Shown here: in pieces, positions 15,991 through 25,086 of the stretch
Position numbering within the stretch: the first letter of the stretch is position 1
How the letters are laid out: every line of letters starts with the position of its first letter
Source of the DNA: a virus
Strand: one strand, 5' to 3'
Virus record (IMG/VR): IMGVR_UViG_3300045988_125200
Coordinates: 1-41,163 of that record
DNA length: 41,163 nt
Notes under the pieces: generated by a model
What the model was told of the DNA's origin: nothing
Databases searched by the model: none
The model's input: the letters and a program-made list of their open reading frames with translations, nothing else
Translations under genes and position numbers: made by a program

Positions 15991-16239
15991 TCAGCTCCCC
16001 CAAGCAATTTTCTGTCCGCAATTCGGGCAATATTCATATTCATCATAATCCACTTCATACCGTGAATTACAACAAGGGCAAAGCCATTCGTCAACCACCA
16101 AGCTCCCATCCGGAGTAAGGCCATAACCGTCTAATCTCGGCTTCTGTGGCACCTGTTTCTCAAGTACATCAATAATAGTTTGCGCCTCTTTCACGATAGC
16201 CTTAAGGTCATCTAAAAGTTGTTTTATCTCCATCATCAT
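15991..16239 (-). CDS. Zinc-ribbon protein
   Basis: The start MMMEIKQ follows AGGAGGTAAG. The product contains CPCC..(17)..CPNC. Confidence 0.6.
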   Translation of the reverse strand: MMMEIKQLLDDLKAIVKEAQTIIDVLEKQVPQKPRLDGYGLTPDGSLVVDEWLCPCCNSRYEVDYDEYEYCPNCGQKIAWGS

Positions 16240-16240
16240 C

Positions 16241-16525
16241 TTACCTCCTGTTGCAAGCAAAATAGCGTGTAATATCAAGTGGGCTTTTCCCAGGCAGGCT
16301 ATCATTGCTTTTTCGGAGCGTGTGGTATTTCAAAACGCCAAGTCCGTATACGATAGGTTGTCTCATGAGTGGTGCAAGTTTTTCCAAATAGAAATTTTTG
16401 CACCCCTCAAGTAAACAGCAATCTTTACACGGAGAATCAAATTGATGCCCAGTGTAATTTAACAGCTCACTAAATTGACTAAGATTATCGACTATGCATT
16501 TTTCATCATATATTGCATAATTCAT
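16241..16525 (-). CDS. Hypothetical Cys-rich protein
   Basis: 94-aa ORF, tightly packed in the operon. Confidence 0.55.
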   Translation of the reverse strand: MNYAIYDEKCIVDNLSQFSELLNYTGHQFDSPCKDCCLLEGCKNFYLEKLAPLMRQPIVYGLGVLKYHTLRKSNDSLPGKSPLDITRYFACNRR

Positions 16526-16974
16526 TACTCTACCCGCTTTCTGTATTTAAGCTTGTCTTCCTCTCTGGCAAGTGTTACATTTGACTTACTGTGAGAACAG
16601 TATTTAATTATCCCTGCTTCTGCAATCGATGACCAAGATGTTCTTCCGTTGATGAACAGAGCAAGTGCTCCTTCTGAAAGAGTTCTGCAAAAATATCTTT
16701 TGTTGTCAACATTGTCTTTGTCTTTCAAAAGCACCGGCGTATCAATCGGCACTGATGCCCAGTCTATCTCGTACTTTGGCTCGACATATTCAGATTCAGC
16801 CCAAGTTTTACGCATTTCATTACATTCTATTCCGTCTCTATAAAAAGAACATTTATAGCAAGGAAGTCCCACGCATTTACGTATAATTCCACTACTCATC
16901 GCTAGCACTCCGCCCGAACACGCAATCTCTACAATCTCTTTTGCAAACTTCTCTTTATTCTTCATCTTTTCCAC
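16525..16974 (-). CDS. Hypothetical Cys-rich protein
   Basis: 149-aa ORF with an ATGA-type junction to its neighbour. Confidence 0.6.
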   Translation of the reverse strand: MEKMKNKEKFAKEIVEIACSGGVLAMSSGIIRKCVGLPCYKCSFYRDGIECNEMRKTWAESEYVEPKYEIDWASVPIDTPVLLKDKDNVDNKRYFCRTLSEGALALFINGRTSWSSIAEAGIIKYCSHSKSNVTLAREEDKLKYRKRVE

Positions 16975-17254
16975 CTCGCTTAACTATTTCAATTGCCATA
17001 TCTATAGCGTGCTCTTCACTCATGTCTCCATCCCAGCATTCATCGGAATATTTGCAATATTCGCAGTCCTCATTACCACAAGCTCCACCAAACTTTAGCT
17101 GCTCTAAGTTAGAGACAACATTGTTCACATCAAACGCTGTCGGCTGGTTATCTACCAATTCGCAAAGTGCATTAGATTTGTTCAGTGGATAATTGTTCAG
17201 GATTGTCATTCCTACTATCTGTTTTTGAAATTCATCCGCATCAATCAGTCTCAT
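16955..17254 (-). CDS. Hypothetical protein (MRLIDADEF.. type)
   Basis: The ATG at 17254 lies right after the upstream TGA. The C-terminus is Cys-rich. Confidence 0.55.
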   Translation of the reverse strand: MRLIDADEFQKQIVGMTILNNYPLNKSNALCELVDNQPTAFDVNNVVSNLEQLKFGGACGNEDCEYCKYSDECWDGDMSEEHAIDMAIEIVKRGGKDEE

Positions 17255-17256
17255 AA

Positions 17257-17619
17257 TCACTCTTCCTCTCTGCAAGGTTCCGGCAGCGGCATCCAGGCAT
17301 CTACAAAAATTCCGTAACTTGAACACGGTTTAGCATCATCACCGACATAATAGGCACCGCCACCATCTTTATCTACGACATATTGACCGATTTCGTGAAC
17401 AGTAGCATTTGCGAAATTCAACAGGATGTATTTGCTGTAACCTTCTTCGTCAACTTCCGGCGGATTCTCAGCCGGGATCCACTGCATTTTCTTGTAGAAT
17501 TCAACTGCTTTTTCGATGAATTCAAAGTCTTCTTTTGTAGCACAGCAAACAGTCGCGTACGGCTCTTTATATTTCCTCAATGTTCCGTAATCATTAAAAG
17601 TAAGAATCATACCTTCCAT
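17257..17619 (-). CDS. DUF551-like protein
   Basis: WIPAENPPE.. and ..VDAWMPLPEP resemble DUF551 motifs. Confidence 0.5.
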   Translation of the reverse strand: MEGMILTFNDYGTLRKYKEPYATVCCATKEDFEFIEKAVEFYKKMQWIPAENPPEVDEEGYSKYILLNFANATVHEIGQYVVDKDGGGAYYVGDDAKPCSSYGIFVDAWMPLPEPCREEE

Positions 17620-17628
17620 ACCATCCTC

Positions 17629-17907
17629 CTATAAACCAAGTCGTTTAACAAGCTCATCCTCAACTATCTCCATCATTCCGTGAACGAGATTTCTCTGATC
17701 AGACGTATTATCGTTCCTGATCATCTCAAAAACACATTCGAATACGGACGGCAATGCATTCAGTAGGATGTATAAATCAATAATACTACCAGGCATCTCG
17801 CAGTTACTTTTAACTTCTGCTTCAAGCGTTCCTTTTGGCTTTTTTATCAGCATTGCAATGTCATTATCCTTCAGGATTTTATCCATAATTTCACAAAAAA
17901 CTATCAA
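17629..17907 (-). CDS. Hypothetical protein
   Basis: 92-aa ORF in the operon. Confidence 0.55.
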   Translation of the reverse strand: MIVFCEIMDKILKDNDIAMLIKKPKGTLEAEVKSNCEMPGSIIDLYILLNALPSVFECVFEMIRNDNTSDQRNLVHGMMEIVEDELVKRLGL

Positions 17908-17916
17908 TATCCATGT

Positions 17917-18255
17917 TCATCTTCGTTCTTCCTGTTCCTTCCAAAGTTCTATAAAATCAATACCAAGCTCTTTCTTCATTTCCTTTGCGAGTTCCACAAA
18001 ATATTCCGGATCGTCCTCAACATACTTGACGCTCTGATTGACAAAATCAAGATATCTGTTGATCCGCTTATTGCCAAACCCGCAGAATCTTTCCAGATAA
18101 TCCACACTGATCAGAATGAAGGTTCTGAAAGCTTGTGCAACATTCTCTTCCTGTTCTTCTTTGTGTCGTCTGGCATATTCCGGATTATTCCGTATAATGT
18201 CATCGATCTGCTTCTTCATCCTGGAACGCTGCTTATCGCGCTCTATCCTGTTCAT
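17917..18255 (-). CDS. Hypothetical protein
   Basis: 112-aa ORF in the operon. Confidence 0.55.
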   Translation of the reverse strand: MNRIERDKQRSRMKKQIDDIIRNNPEYARRHKEEQEENVAQAFRTFILISVDYLERFCGFGNKRINRYLDFVNQSVKYVEDDPEYFVELAKEMKKELGIDFIELWKEQEERR

Positions 18256-18256
18256 A

Positions 18257-18691
18257 TCAATCCTCTTCTCTTATCGTGTCATACAGTTTCTTCCGGCTGT
18301 TCCACTTGACTGCTACAGGCGCACCGCATTCAATGCAATTGACATCAAATGCAAATTCTGTCATATTGGTGAAGTAATGGGATGCTTTGCCACATTCGCA
18401 GTTCAGCCAGAGATGAGATAGGTTCTTTAAAGGTGTTTCTGTACCGCATTCAGGACATCTGTAATTCTTAATAGTCTTCTTGCTACAAAAACTCTTAACT
18501 TCTCCACAGTGCTGACACTTTATATACAGGAAACCTTTGTATTCATCATGTTCCGATATGGTATCCGACTGCGTCTGATCAGCTGCGCCCTGATTGGAAC
18601 CATGTTCCCTCCGTACAGGTTCAGCAACTGGTTTTTCAGAAACATCTGTATTCTGATCAGCTTTGCCTGGGGCAATCCTCTTCGCATTCAT
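18257..18691 (-). CDS. Multi zinc-ribbon protein
   Basis: The product carries CQHC..CPEC, CEC and CIEC pairs. The ATG at 18691 is preferred over the TTG at 18721. Confidence 0.6.
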   Translation of the reverse strand: MNAKRIAPGKADQNTDVSEKPVAEPVRREHGSNQGAADQTQSDTISEHDEYKGFLYIKCQHCGEVKSFCSKKTIKNYRCPECGTETPLKNLSHLWLNCECGKASHYFTNMTEFAFDVNCIECGAPVAVKWNSRKKLYDTIREED

Positions 18692-18815
18692 CACTGCCCC
18701 CCCCGGAAGGTTTCCGGCCAATAAGGCGACACACTATTTCGTTAAAAAGCTTATCGCTCTGATCAGAATCTGTTTTTAAGGTGAATCTTTTAGTTTTTGT
18801 TGTAATTGTAATCAT
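18657..18815 (-). CDS. Small ORF (52 aa, not in the ORF track), possibly the frameshifted N-terminus of 18257..18691
   Basis: My own translation gives MITITTKTKRFTLKTDSDQSDKLFNEIVCRLIGRKPSGGG.. with RBS TGGAGAA. The ORF runs through a G8 tract (C8 on the plus strand, 18697-18704). Confidence 0.35.
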   Translation of the reverse strand: MITITTKTKRFTLKTDSDQSDKLFNEIVCRLIGRKPSGGGSDECEEDCPRQS

Positions 18816-18817
18816 AT

Positions 18818-19225
18818 CTATTCTCCAATCTTAACTCCATCTTCCAGCAACAAATCAATATACTTAAATGCGCTCACACATTTACCGACTTGCGATGTAA
18901 AGACATGTTTATACTTACCAATTATCGGACATCTCTTTGCTGTGTTGTATGTATAGCCATCTTCGTCTTCTACGTTATCGACAAGTACTGCATCTCCAAC
19001 ACTCAGACTATTCATAACTTCATCTATCATCTCAAAAGTTATCCTGCCGGCTGGAGGCTTCCGCCTGCCGGTTGTACGATAACCATGACCCATGTCCGTG
19101 TTATTAATAATGGCACTCACATAGCGTTGTGATAATCCTTTAGTACTGGCAATATCTTTTCTGGTCATGCCCTGTTCGAAATACATTCGCTTAACTTCCT
19201 CGCGTTCGGCTTTGCTAATTTTCAT
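18818..19225 (-). CDS. HTH DNA-binding protein
   Basis: The N-terminus (ISKAEREEVKRMYFEQGMTRKDIASTKGLSQRYVSAIIN) looks like a sigma-r4/terminase-small-like HTH. Confidence 0.55.
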   Translation of the reverse strand: MKISKAEREEVKRMYFEQGMTRKDIASTKGLSQRYVSAIINNTDMGHGYRTTGRRKPPAGRITFEMIDEVMNSLSVGDAVLVDNVEDEDGYTYNTAKRCPIIGKYKHVFTSQVGKCVSAFKYIDLLLEDGVKIGE

Positions 19226-19431
19226 AAGAGCCTCCTTTCTACCTTGCCGGATATCTGTACTTCCAGCATGTCATAATATAGTAATGCTGTCCGAATATGC
19301 TCAGGCTTATCACCTGCCCGTCTGGCAATACCGCGCAAAGCATTGAATGCCTTTTCCCAATCCTCAGCCGTATCCGTCATATGCGTACGGCAATTGTCAT
19401 ACACTTTTTCAAATTGTGTCATTAAATCCAT
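19222..19431 (-). CDS. Hypothetical protein
   Basis: 69-aa ORF, the first gene after the 230-bp intergenic region. Confidence 0.5.
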   Translation of the reverse strand: MDLMTQFEKVYDNCRTHMTDTAEDWEKAFNALRGIARRAGDKPEHIRTALLYYDMLEVQISGKVERRLL

Positions 19432-19661
19432 CTATTTGCCCTCGCCTGTAACAGTTAGTATCAGATTATATCCCTCAGTAACTCAAATCCGTTACCACCT
19501 TAAAGTCTTTATTTATGCGGTTTTGCGCTATTTTGTAACAGGGTAACATGCGTTTTGTTATCTATAAAAAGAAAAATATATTTTATCTCTGGAAAAATAT
19601 ATATATTTTTTTCTCCCTATATAGCATGATTTTTGATTGATACCGCTGTTACATTGTTACG
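19432..19661. promoter_or_regulatory. Origin-like or regulatory intergenic region with GTAACA/TGTTAC iterons flanking an AT-rich core
   Basis: GTAACA occurs at 19448, 19535 and 19543. GTAAC occurs at 19478 and GTTAC at 19491. TGTTAC occurs at 19647 and 19655. A (TA)n/A-T core lies at about 19560-19625. Confidence 0.45.
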
Positions 19662-21518
19662 TTATTTGAATGGCAGTTCTACATCATCCGCCTGCCTAAA
19701 GCCGTCTTCGTCGATATCTGCATCCAGTTTAAGCCAGACGCAGCGGTTGTTCTTGCCGGCAATCTTCTTCTGTCTGGTCGGATTACCAAGCGAATCAGAC
19801 ATGATCAGCTTGTTTCTGGCTGCCCATGACAGGAAAGAAGCCTTGGAAAATCCACCGTTTCTGCACAGCTCGTCAAATGCCCGGTTGTAAAAGATGGCAT
19901 ATCCGTCTTCAAGAACGCCCCATTTTTCTATATTGCCGTCCGGTTCAAAACGGACATGATTCATCGCTACTTTATCTTGAATATATTCATAACAGCGCAC
20001 GTTGTCTGAAACAATCTTCCGGTCTGTAAGCAGCTTCTCAGCCTCTTCCAGGGTGATATTACAATTGTCCTTAAAGATATACTCTGTTGCGATTCTGTCC
20101 GCTGTAAGGACGATGGAAAGCGACAGCGCCTGTTTTTCCATCTTGTCATTAGACTGCAGTTCCTGCTTGAACACTTCCTGCACAGCACGGATTTTCTCGA
20201 TGCCCATCTTTTTGATGATCGCAATAAAGGCTTTGCCGGCATAACCATAGTTTTTCTTTACAATATCGGCCGTTTTGCCGGGATCCTGAAATACTTTTTC
20301 ACCACATTCCACTTCTATAATCCTGTTGATTGCTCCTCCCTGTTCTACATAAGCAGACAACGGACGTTCGCCATTGCAAATGATCACATTGCGCCACCGG
20401 TTTTCCCTGTTGATGCCTAGATCCTTGTTGGAACGGCTCTTGCCCTTTCCGGAACAAAGATCATAAACAACACCTTCAAAGTTATCCCGAATCCTGGCCG
20501 ATGTCTTACTGGTATCATCTAAAAGCATCGGCAGATTGTTCAGCATATCCGCTTTTGCTTCCAAAGCAACGTCCGTACTCTTAAAATCGCCTATGTACTG
20601 TGATTCATCGGGATTTGCCCAGACAGATGCAGCAACCATCAGAGACACCGTCTTACCGCCTTCCGTTTCTCCCCACAGGTCTACAAAAAATGGGAGCCCG
20701 CCTAGCGGCTGCAGCAGTACACTTGCAAAGGATGCAGCCAGCAAAAACTTCACTTCCATTCGGCCAGACCGGCGCAATGACCGGATATGTTCCAGCCACA
20801 CTGCTGCGGATCCGCGTTCTGTAATGGCATCAAATATATTCTTAAACCGGAAATCCCCGTCAAAAACAATGTCTGTGTCATAAGGCAGAAACTCCTGACC
20901 GTGCCATCCAAGCTTGCTGCTGGAGTACTGCATGGCGATGTAATCATCGTTTAGGTTTTCCACATCTGACAGATATTTGACCAGAAGCTTTGCATTCTCG
21001 CTTGTAACGGAAATGCCTCTTCCTGATAGAGCAACAATCTTATTTGCCGATGTGATCATTGTTTTTGGTACTGTAATCTCATCCCATCGGCCGTTCCGAA
21101 AATAAGCCAGTTTGATCTGTTCTTCGCCGGTCTCAAGGTTCTTCATCCGCTCCACAGGAAGTATAGGATGATAGCAGGCCACCTGATCAATAGAACTATT
21201 GGACTGGCTGTATATGCCGCTCAATTTCGCGATCCATGCACCGCATGCCAGTTCATCATAAGGACCTTGGAAATTCGTATAATTATCCAATGTACAGATC
21301 TGGTTCTCTTGCATTTTCTTCAGCTTCATTTCTTTGTCCGCTTTCTCGTAAGCTGACAGCAGATCTTTAAAATCCTGCGCCACCTTAAGTACTTTTGCCC
21401 GCTCTTTCAATGCAATCTTTAAGCGTGTCCTTTTTACCTGATCCTGCATATCCAGCAGCTCCGTGAAAACAGATTCGTCCAATATGTCGTCAACAGTCAT
21501 TTCATCTAAAGGTTTCAT
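19662..21518 (-). CDS. Replicative helicase/ATPase (SF3, DUF927/VirE-like) with an N-terminal primase-associated region
   Basis: Walker A (WGETEGGKT) and Walker B-like (PMLLDD) motifs are present. The ATG at 21518 is preferred. Confidence 0.75.
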   Translation of the reverse strand: MKPLDEMTVDDILDESVFTELLDMQDQVKRTRLKIALKERAKVLKVAQDFKDLLSAYEKADKEMKLKKMQENQICTLDNYTNFQGPYDELACGAWIAKLSGIYSQSNSSIDQVACYHPILPVERMKNLETGEEQIKLAYFRNGRWDEITVPKTMITSANKIVALSGRGISVTSENAKLLVKYLSDVENLNDDYIAMQYSSSKLGWHGQEFLPYDTDIVFDGDFRFKNIFDAITERGSAAVWLEHIRSLRRSGRMEVKFLLAASFASVLLQPLGGLPFFVDLWGETEGGKTVSLMVAASVWANPDESQYIGDFKSTDVALEAKADMLNNLPMLLDDTSKTSARIRDNFEGVVYDLCSGKGKSRSNKDLGINRENRWRNVIICNGERPLSAYVEQGGAINRIIEVECGEKVFQDPGKTADIVKKNYGYAGKAFIAIIKKMGIEKIRAVQEVFKQELQSNDKMEKQALSLSIVLTADRIATEYIFKDNCNITLEEAEKLLTDRKIVSDNVRCYEYIQDKVAMNHVRFEPDGNIEKWGVLEDGYAIFYNRAFDELCRNGGFSKASFLSWAARNKLIMSDSLGNPTRQKKIAGKNNRCVWLKLDADIDEDGFRQADDVELPFK

Positions 21519-22023
21519 CTCCTGCCACACCTCCCTTCTTGTGGATTTGCTCGTATGTTATCAATTCTTTTTGCAGGGCATTGTAGCTTTCACACCACTC
21601 ATCACTGAGAGGCTGCGAACGGCTTATAGATGTCCTGTAGATATCAATCAGGTTAATGTTGTGCTGAACCGTTTCCTGCCTCTTTTGCTCCCGAATCTGG
21701 CGTTCTTCCTTAGCTTTCTGGGACTTATAAACGGCCAGCCTTGCTTGGGCCTTAGAGCGTTTTTTTTTGCACTCATATTCACCGCCGAGAAAAAGAAAGG
21801 CCTCTTTAAAGCTCATGCCGTCCATTTTGCGGATGAAATCAAACACGTCACCTGCTGCGCCACACCCGAAACAGTAAAAGCTGTCTTTATAAATCTTCAA
21901 AGAAGCATTTCTGTCACCCTTATGGAACGGACACACGATAAAACCGGCCCTGTTAGGATAAAGCCCATATCTTTCAACCAGTTCCTCCATAAATACGGTT
22001 CTTTTTATTTCTTCAGATGTCAT
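21502..22023 (-). CDS. CHC2 zinc-finger protein (DnaG primase zinc-binding domain only)
   Basis: CPFHKGDRNASLKIY..FYCFGCGAAGDVFDF is the classic CHC2 motif. No TOPRIM region is visible in its 173 aa. Confidence 0.75.
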   Translation of the reverse strand: MTSEEIKRTVFMEELVERYGLYPNRAGFIVCPFHKGDRNASLKIYKDSFYCFGCGAAGDVFDFIRKMDGMSFKEAFLFLGGEYECKKKRSKAQARLAVYKSQKAKEERQIREQKRQETVQHNINLIDIYRTSISRSQPLSDEWCESYNALQKELITYEQIHKKGGVAGDETFR

Positions 22024-22519
22024 ATGTGCCGCCTAGAATCTGGATAATTCTTTTCCCCGTTTCTTCCTTGTCGCAGAACAAAAACTTGCACCCGTATTTC
22101 CGTTCTTGGGTCTGAAGGATCTTGCAAAGTGTCTCGCCTGTAGTAGCCTTTGTCTCGACTTCTTCCCAACGTCCTGTATCCGGATTCTTTCGGCGCTTCC
22201 AACGTCTCGGATTCTCCCAGAACATGACATCAGCCATACTCTTGATACCTTTACCGTGTTCACATAGAAAAATCAGCTGGATCTCATTCCGCTGTGCCAG
22301 AAGCATTTCCCTCCGGAATCTTTCATGATCAGAAGTTACGTTGCTGCACAACTCGGACAGATTCTGTTTTCGGTCAACAATTACGCGGGGATTGTCGTAA
22401 TTCATGTAATCCCCCACCAGTAACTTGCTGATAGGATGCTTGATGTCCTGCCGGTCAAATTCGGCCAGGATCTTTTTGATCGCCCGGGCCTTTTCCCGGC
22501 TGTCAATCTGTATGATCAT
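22013..22519 (-). CDS. ERCC4/XPF-type nuclease (putative structure-specific endonuclease)
   Basis: The pattern IDSRE..VGDY..VDRKQNLSEL.. matches ERCC4-domain catalytic residues. Confidence 0.65.
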   Translation of the reverse strand: MIIQIDSREKARAIKKILAEFDRQDIKHPISKLLVGDYMNYDNPRVIVDRKQNLSELCSNVTSDHERFRREMLLAQRNEIQLIFLCEHGKGIKSMADVMFWENPRRWKRRKNPDTGRWEEVETKATTGETLCKILQTQERKYGCKFLFCDKEETGKRIIQILGGTYDI

Positions 22520-22534
22520 GTTTCATGTCTCCTT

Positions 22535-22972
22535 TTAGCTAAATGGCAGCTCTTCATCGAGTTCGGTTGGAATATTCATCCAGCCATCTGCGGACTGTGC
22601 CTGATTCGGATTTGGCCGGCCCGCTGCTCCTTGAGTATTCTGCTGTCCGCTTTCGCTGCCTTTGCTTTCGGCAAAAGCTACCGTCTGGGCAATGACATCT
22701 GTCGTATAGACTTTTGCCCCGTCTTGATTTGTATAACTGCCTGTCTGGATAGAGCCAACCAGCTCCATCTTTTTGCCTTTCCAGAAATATTTTTCGATGA
22801 ATTCTGCAGTTTTTCTGAAGGCTTTACAATTAATAAAATCCGCTGTCGGTCCGTTGTCGCTTTTATACTGGCGGTCAACAGCGAGGGTAAACCTCGCTAT
22901 CGTATGGCCATTGTCTGTATACCGGACTTCCGGATCTCTTGTTAATCTTCCTGTCAGCTGTACACTATTCAC
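22535..22972 (-). CDS. ssb: Single-stranded DNA-binding protein
   Basis: The N-terminus (MNSVQLTGRLTRDPEVRYT) is an OB-fold signature. A Gly/Gln-rich linker follows, ending in the acidic tail DEELPFS. GTG start. Confidence 0.9.
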   Translation of the reverse strand: MNSVQLTGRLTRDPEVRYTDNGHTIARFTLAVDRQYKSDNGPTADFINCKAFRKTAEFIEKYFWKGKKMELVGSIQTGSYTNQDGAKVYTTDVIAQTVAFAESKGSESGQQNTQGAAGRPNPNQAQSADGWMNIPTELDEELPFS

Positions 22973-23693
22973 GCGGTGTCACGTCCTTTCTGTCCGGTGT
23001 TTTTTCAAATTTCTTCATCACAGCTTTATATTCAGTGATTGTCATTTCGCTTACTTTCTTTGCTTTTACGGCACGCATTCCGAGGATTGCTTCATCGCTT
23101 ACTCCGGTTCTGAACTGCTGCTCACGGATGGTCTGCAGCATAACCGGTGTGATTCTTTCCTCTGTGGAACCATCCTGGCTTACTGCAGGCTTCTGCTCAG
23201 GTGCTGGCTTTTGCGCCGGCTGCTGCTTCGGTGCAACTGTCTGCGTGACAATCTCTTCTGCAGGACTGTTGGCATCCGGATCCTGCATCTCTTCTGTTGG
23301 AATACAGAACACTTGAAAGCATGCATATTTATATGCTATAGACATGGCCTTGTTTATTCCCTTGTCCCCCATGTCCATGGCCTCGCCATAAATGATCGTT
23401 TCAATATGGCTGCCATCACTGGCATAGAAAGTAAATTTTACTTTCAGCATAACTTTTACGATGGTGGCGCCTTTACTGGTCTTTCCTACTTCCGTGCATT
23501 CTCGTTGCAGGATGAGCGGAACAATAAATACACCATTTTTTGCCAGTGCCGGATTCAGGGCATTAAAAACATCATCCACTGATCTGTATTTGAATCCCTG
23601 CTGCCGGTTAACCTTGTCTTTTCCGACGGCACCAACGTCGGCGATAACTTTTGGAATGGCCTCATAGATCAGGCCGCTTGATGAATTACTCAT
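22965..23693 (-). CDS. erf: ERF-family single-strand annealing recombinase
   Basis: KFRSVDDVFNALNPALAKNGV..GEAMDMGDKGINKAMSIAYKYA.. is typical of ERF proteins. The ATG at 23693 follows AGGAG. Confidence 0.8.
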   Translation of the reverse strand: MSNSSSGLIYEAIPKVIADVGAVGKDKVNRQQGFKYRSVDDVFNALNPALAKNGVFIVPLILQRECTEVGKTSKGATIVKVMLKVKFTFYASDGSHIETIIYGEAMDMGDKGINKAMSIAYKYACFQVFCIPTEEMQDPDANSPAEEIVTQTVAPKQQPAQKPAPEQKPAVSQDGSTEERITPVMLQTIREQQFRTGVSDEAILGMRAVKAKKVSEMTITEYKAVMKKFEKTPDRKDVTPRE

Positions 23694-24675
23694 TCTCGTC
23701 TCTCCTCTCGAAAAAGATACCAATACTGTTAAATGCTATTTCAACCTGTTCCAGTTCTTCCGGTGTGGCCACGACTTTGTAAAATACTGTCTGTGTATGC
23801 GGCTGTTCAAATGGCAGGTCATCTACTGCAAAACCTTCTGTATCAAATCCAGATTCTTCAGGTGCTTCCTGCTCTGGAATATTATGTACAGGTGTCGGCT
23901 GCTTTTCGGTAACCTTTTCCGCTGCCTTTCTACGCTCTTCTTCACGGATACGCTCTTCTGCAGCAATCCGTTCACGCTCTTCCTGACGGATTCTCTCAAG
24001 CTCCTGCCGACGATTCTGTTCTTCCCTAGCCCTTCGACGTTCTTCTTCACGCTTCAGGATCTCTTCTTTCTGGCGTTCATAAGCGGCGATTGCCATAGAT
24101 GCTTTTGACAGATCATGTGTCTTTTTATATTCCTCAAGCGCCTTCGGAACAGCTTCAGATGTATTGGCTTTAATAACTTCAATATCATTCCGGATACGGC
24201 TAACCTGTCCGGTCAAATCGGTTTTCCATGCTTTTGTGGAAGTTGAAGCGTTTTCCCAATGGCTGTCGTAAATCTGATCAAGAGAAACATACTCCAGCAG
24301 ATCAGATGCGATATCTCCAAAGAATTCTTCAATCTCTTTGCGTCGTGCTGCCTTTCTTTGTTCTTCCATTTCCTTGATCTGGGCATCGATCAGACTGATA
24401 GGTTCATCAATCAGCTGCAGAAGTTCTTTTGTTTTGGATTCAAACTCTTCGTAAGGTCCCATCCATTCTTTTTTTATTTCCTTACGGCGGTCATCCAGTG
24501 CCTTTCTGATTTTTCTCAGTGTTGCAAGTTCGCCTTTCGCCTGGGTCTTATATTCTTCGGAAAACTTCGCGTTTTTATATAATTCCATAGACTGCGCCAG
24601 TACTGCTTTTTGTTCCCCAAAATTTGTATCGATTTTGCCTGGTATGATATTGGCCAGGATTCTCAGTTCATTCAT
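23686..24675 (-). CDS. DUF1351-family protein (Erf-associated)
   Basis: 329 aa with a coiled-coil, Glu/Arg-rich centre. The N-terminal pattern and synteny with erf/ssb support the call. Confidence 0.6.
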   Translation of the reverse strand: MNELRILANIIPGKIDTNFGEQKAVLAQSMELYKNAKFSEEYKTQAKGELATLRKIRKALDDRRKEIKKEWMGPYEEFESKTKELLQLIDEPISLIDAQIKEMEEQRKAARRKEIEEFFGDIASDLLEYVSLDQIYDSHWENASTSTKAWKTDLTGQVSRIRNDIEVIKANTSEAVPKALEEYKKTHDLSKASMAIAAYERQKEEILKREEERRRAREEQNRRQELERIRQEERERIAAEERIREEERRKAAEKVTEKQPTPVHNIPEQEAPEESGFDTEGFAVDDLPFEQPHTQTVFYKVVATPEELEQVEIAFNSIGIFFERRDENE

Positions 24676-24944
24676 TATTTATCTCCCTTCTGACTAAGAC
24701 CGAGAAGCGCTCTCAGTGGCTTCGCGTCAATATAGCTGTCTTCTTCAAGTGCAATGATAACCGTAATATTGGCCAACGTCGCAAGTGCTCTGATTCCTTC
24801 GTTATGCACGCTGATTGGCACCTGGATGTAGTAATCCTCCTCTTTGACAGGACTGATTTTTGTGTTATAATCATCTTGAAGTATTTTTTCTTTTTTGGCT
24901 GACTGGCTGGCGGGCTGGTCGGCCTTTCTGTTATCAATAATCAT
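24675..24944 (-). CDS. Hypothetical protein
   Basis: 89-aa ORF in the operon. Confidence 0.5.
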   Translation of the reverse strand: MIIDNRKADQPASQSAKKEKILQDDYNTKISPVKEEDYYIQVPISVHNEGIRALATLANITVIIALEEDSYIDAKPLRALLGLSQKGDK

Positions 24945-25086
24945 CTTGTTCTAACCTCCTGTTTAATTCTGATAATTTTGCGGATGTTTCCCGCATTTTT
25001 GCCTGTAACTCTATGTATTGCTTTTGCATCTGGTTGTATTCAGATATCAGATCATAATACTCTTGCGGCTTTTCAATCTTCTTCAT
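24934..25086 (-). CDS. Hypothetical coiled-coil protein
   Basis: The ATG at 25086 (MKKIEKPQEYY..) is preferred over the longer form. Confidence 0.45.
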   Translation of the reverse strand: MKKIEKPQEYYDLISEYNQMQKQYIELQAKMRETSAKLSELNRRLEQDDY

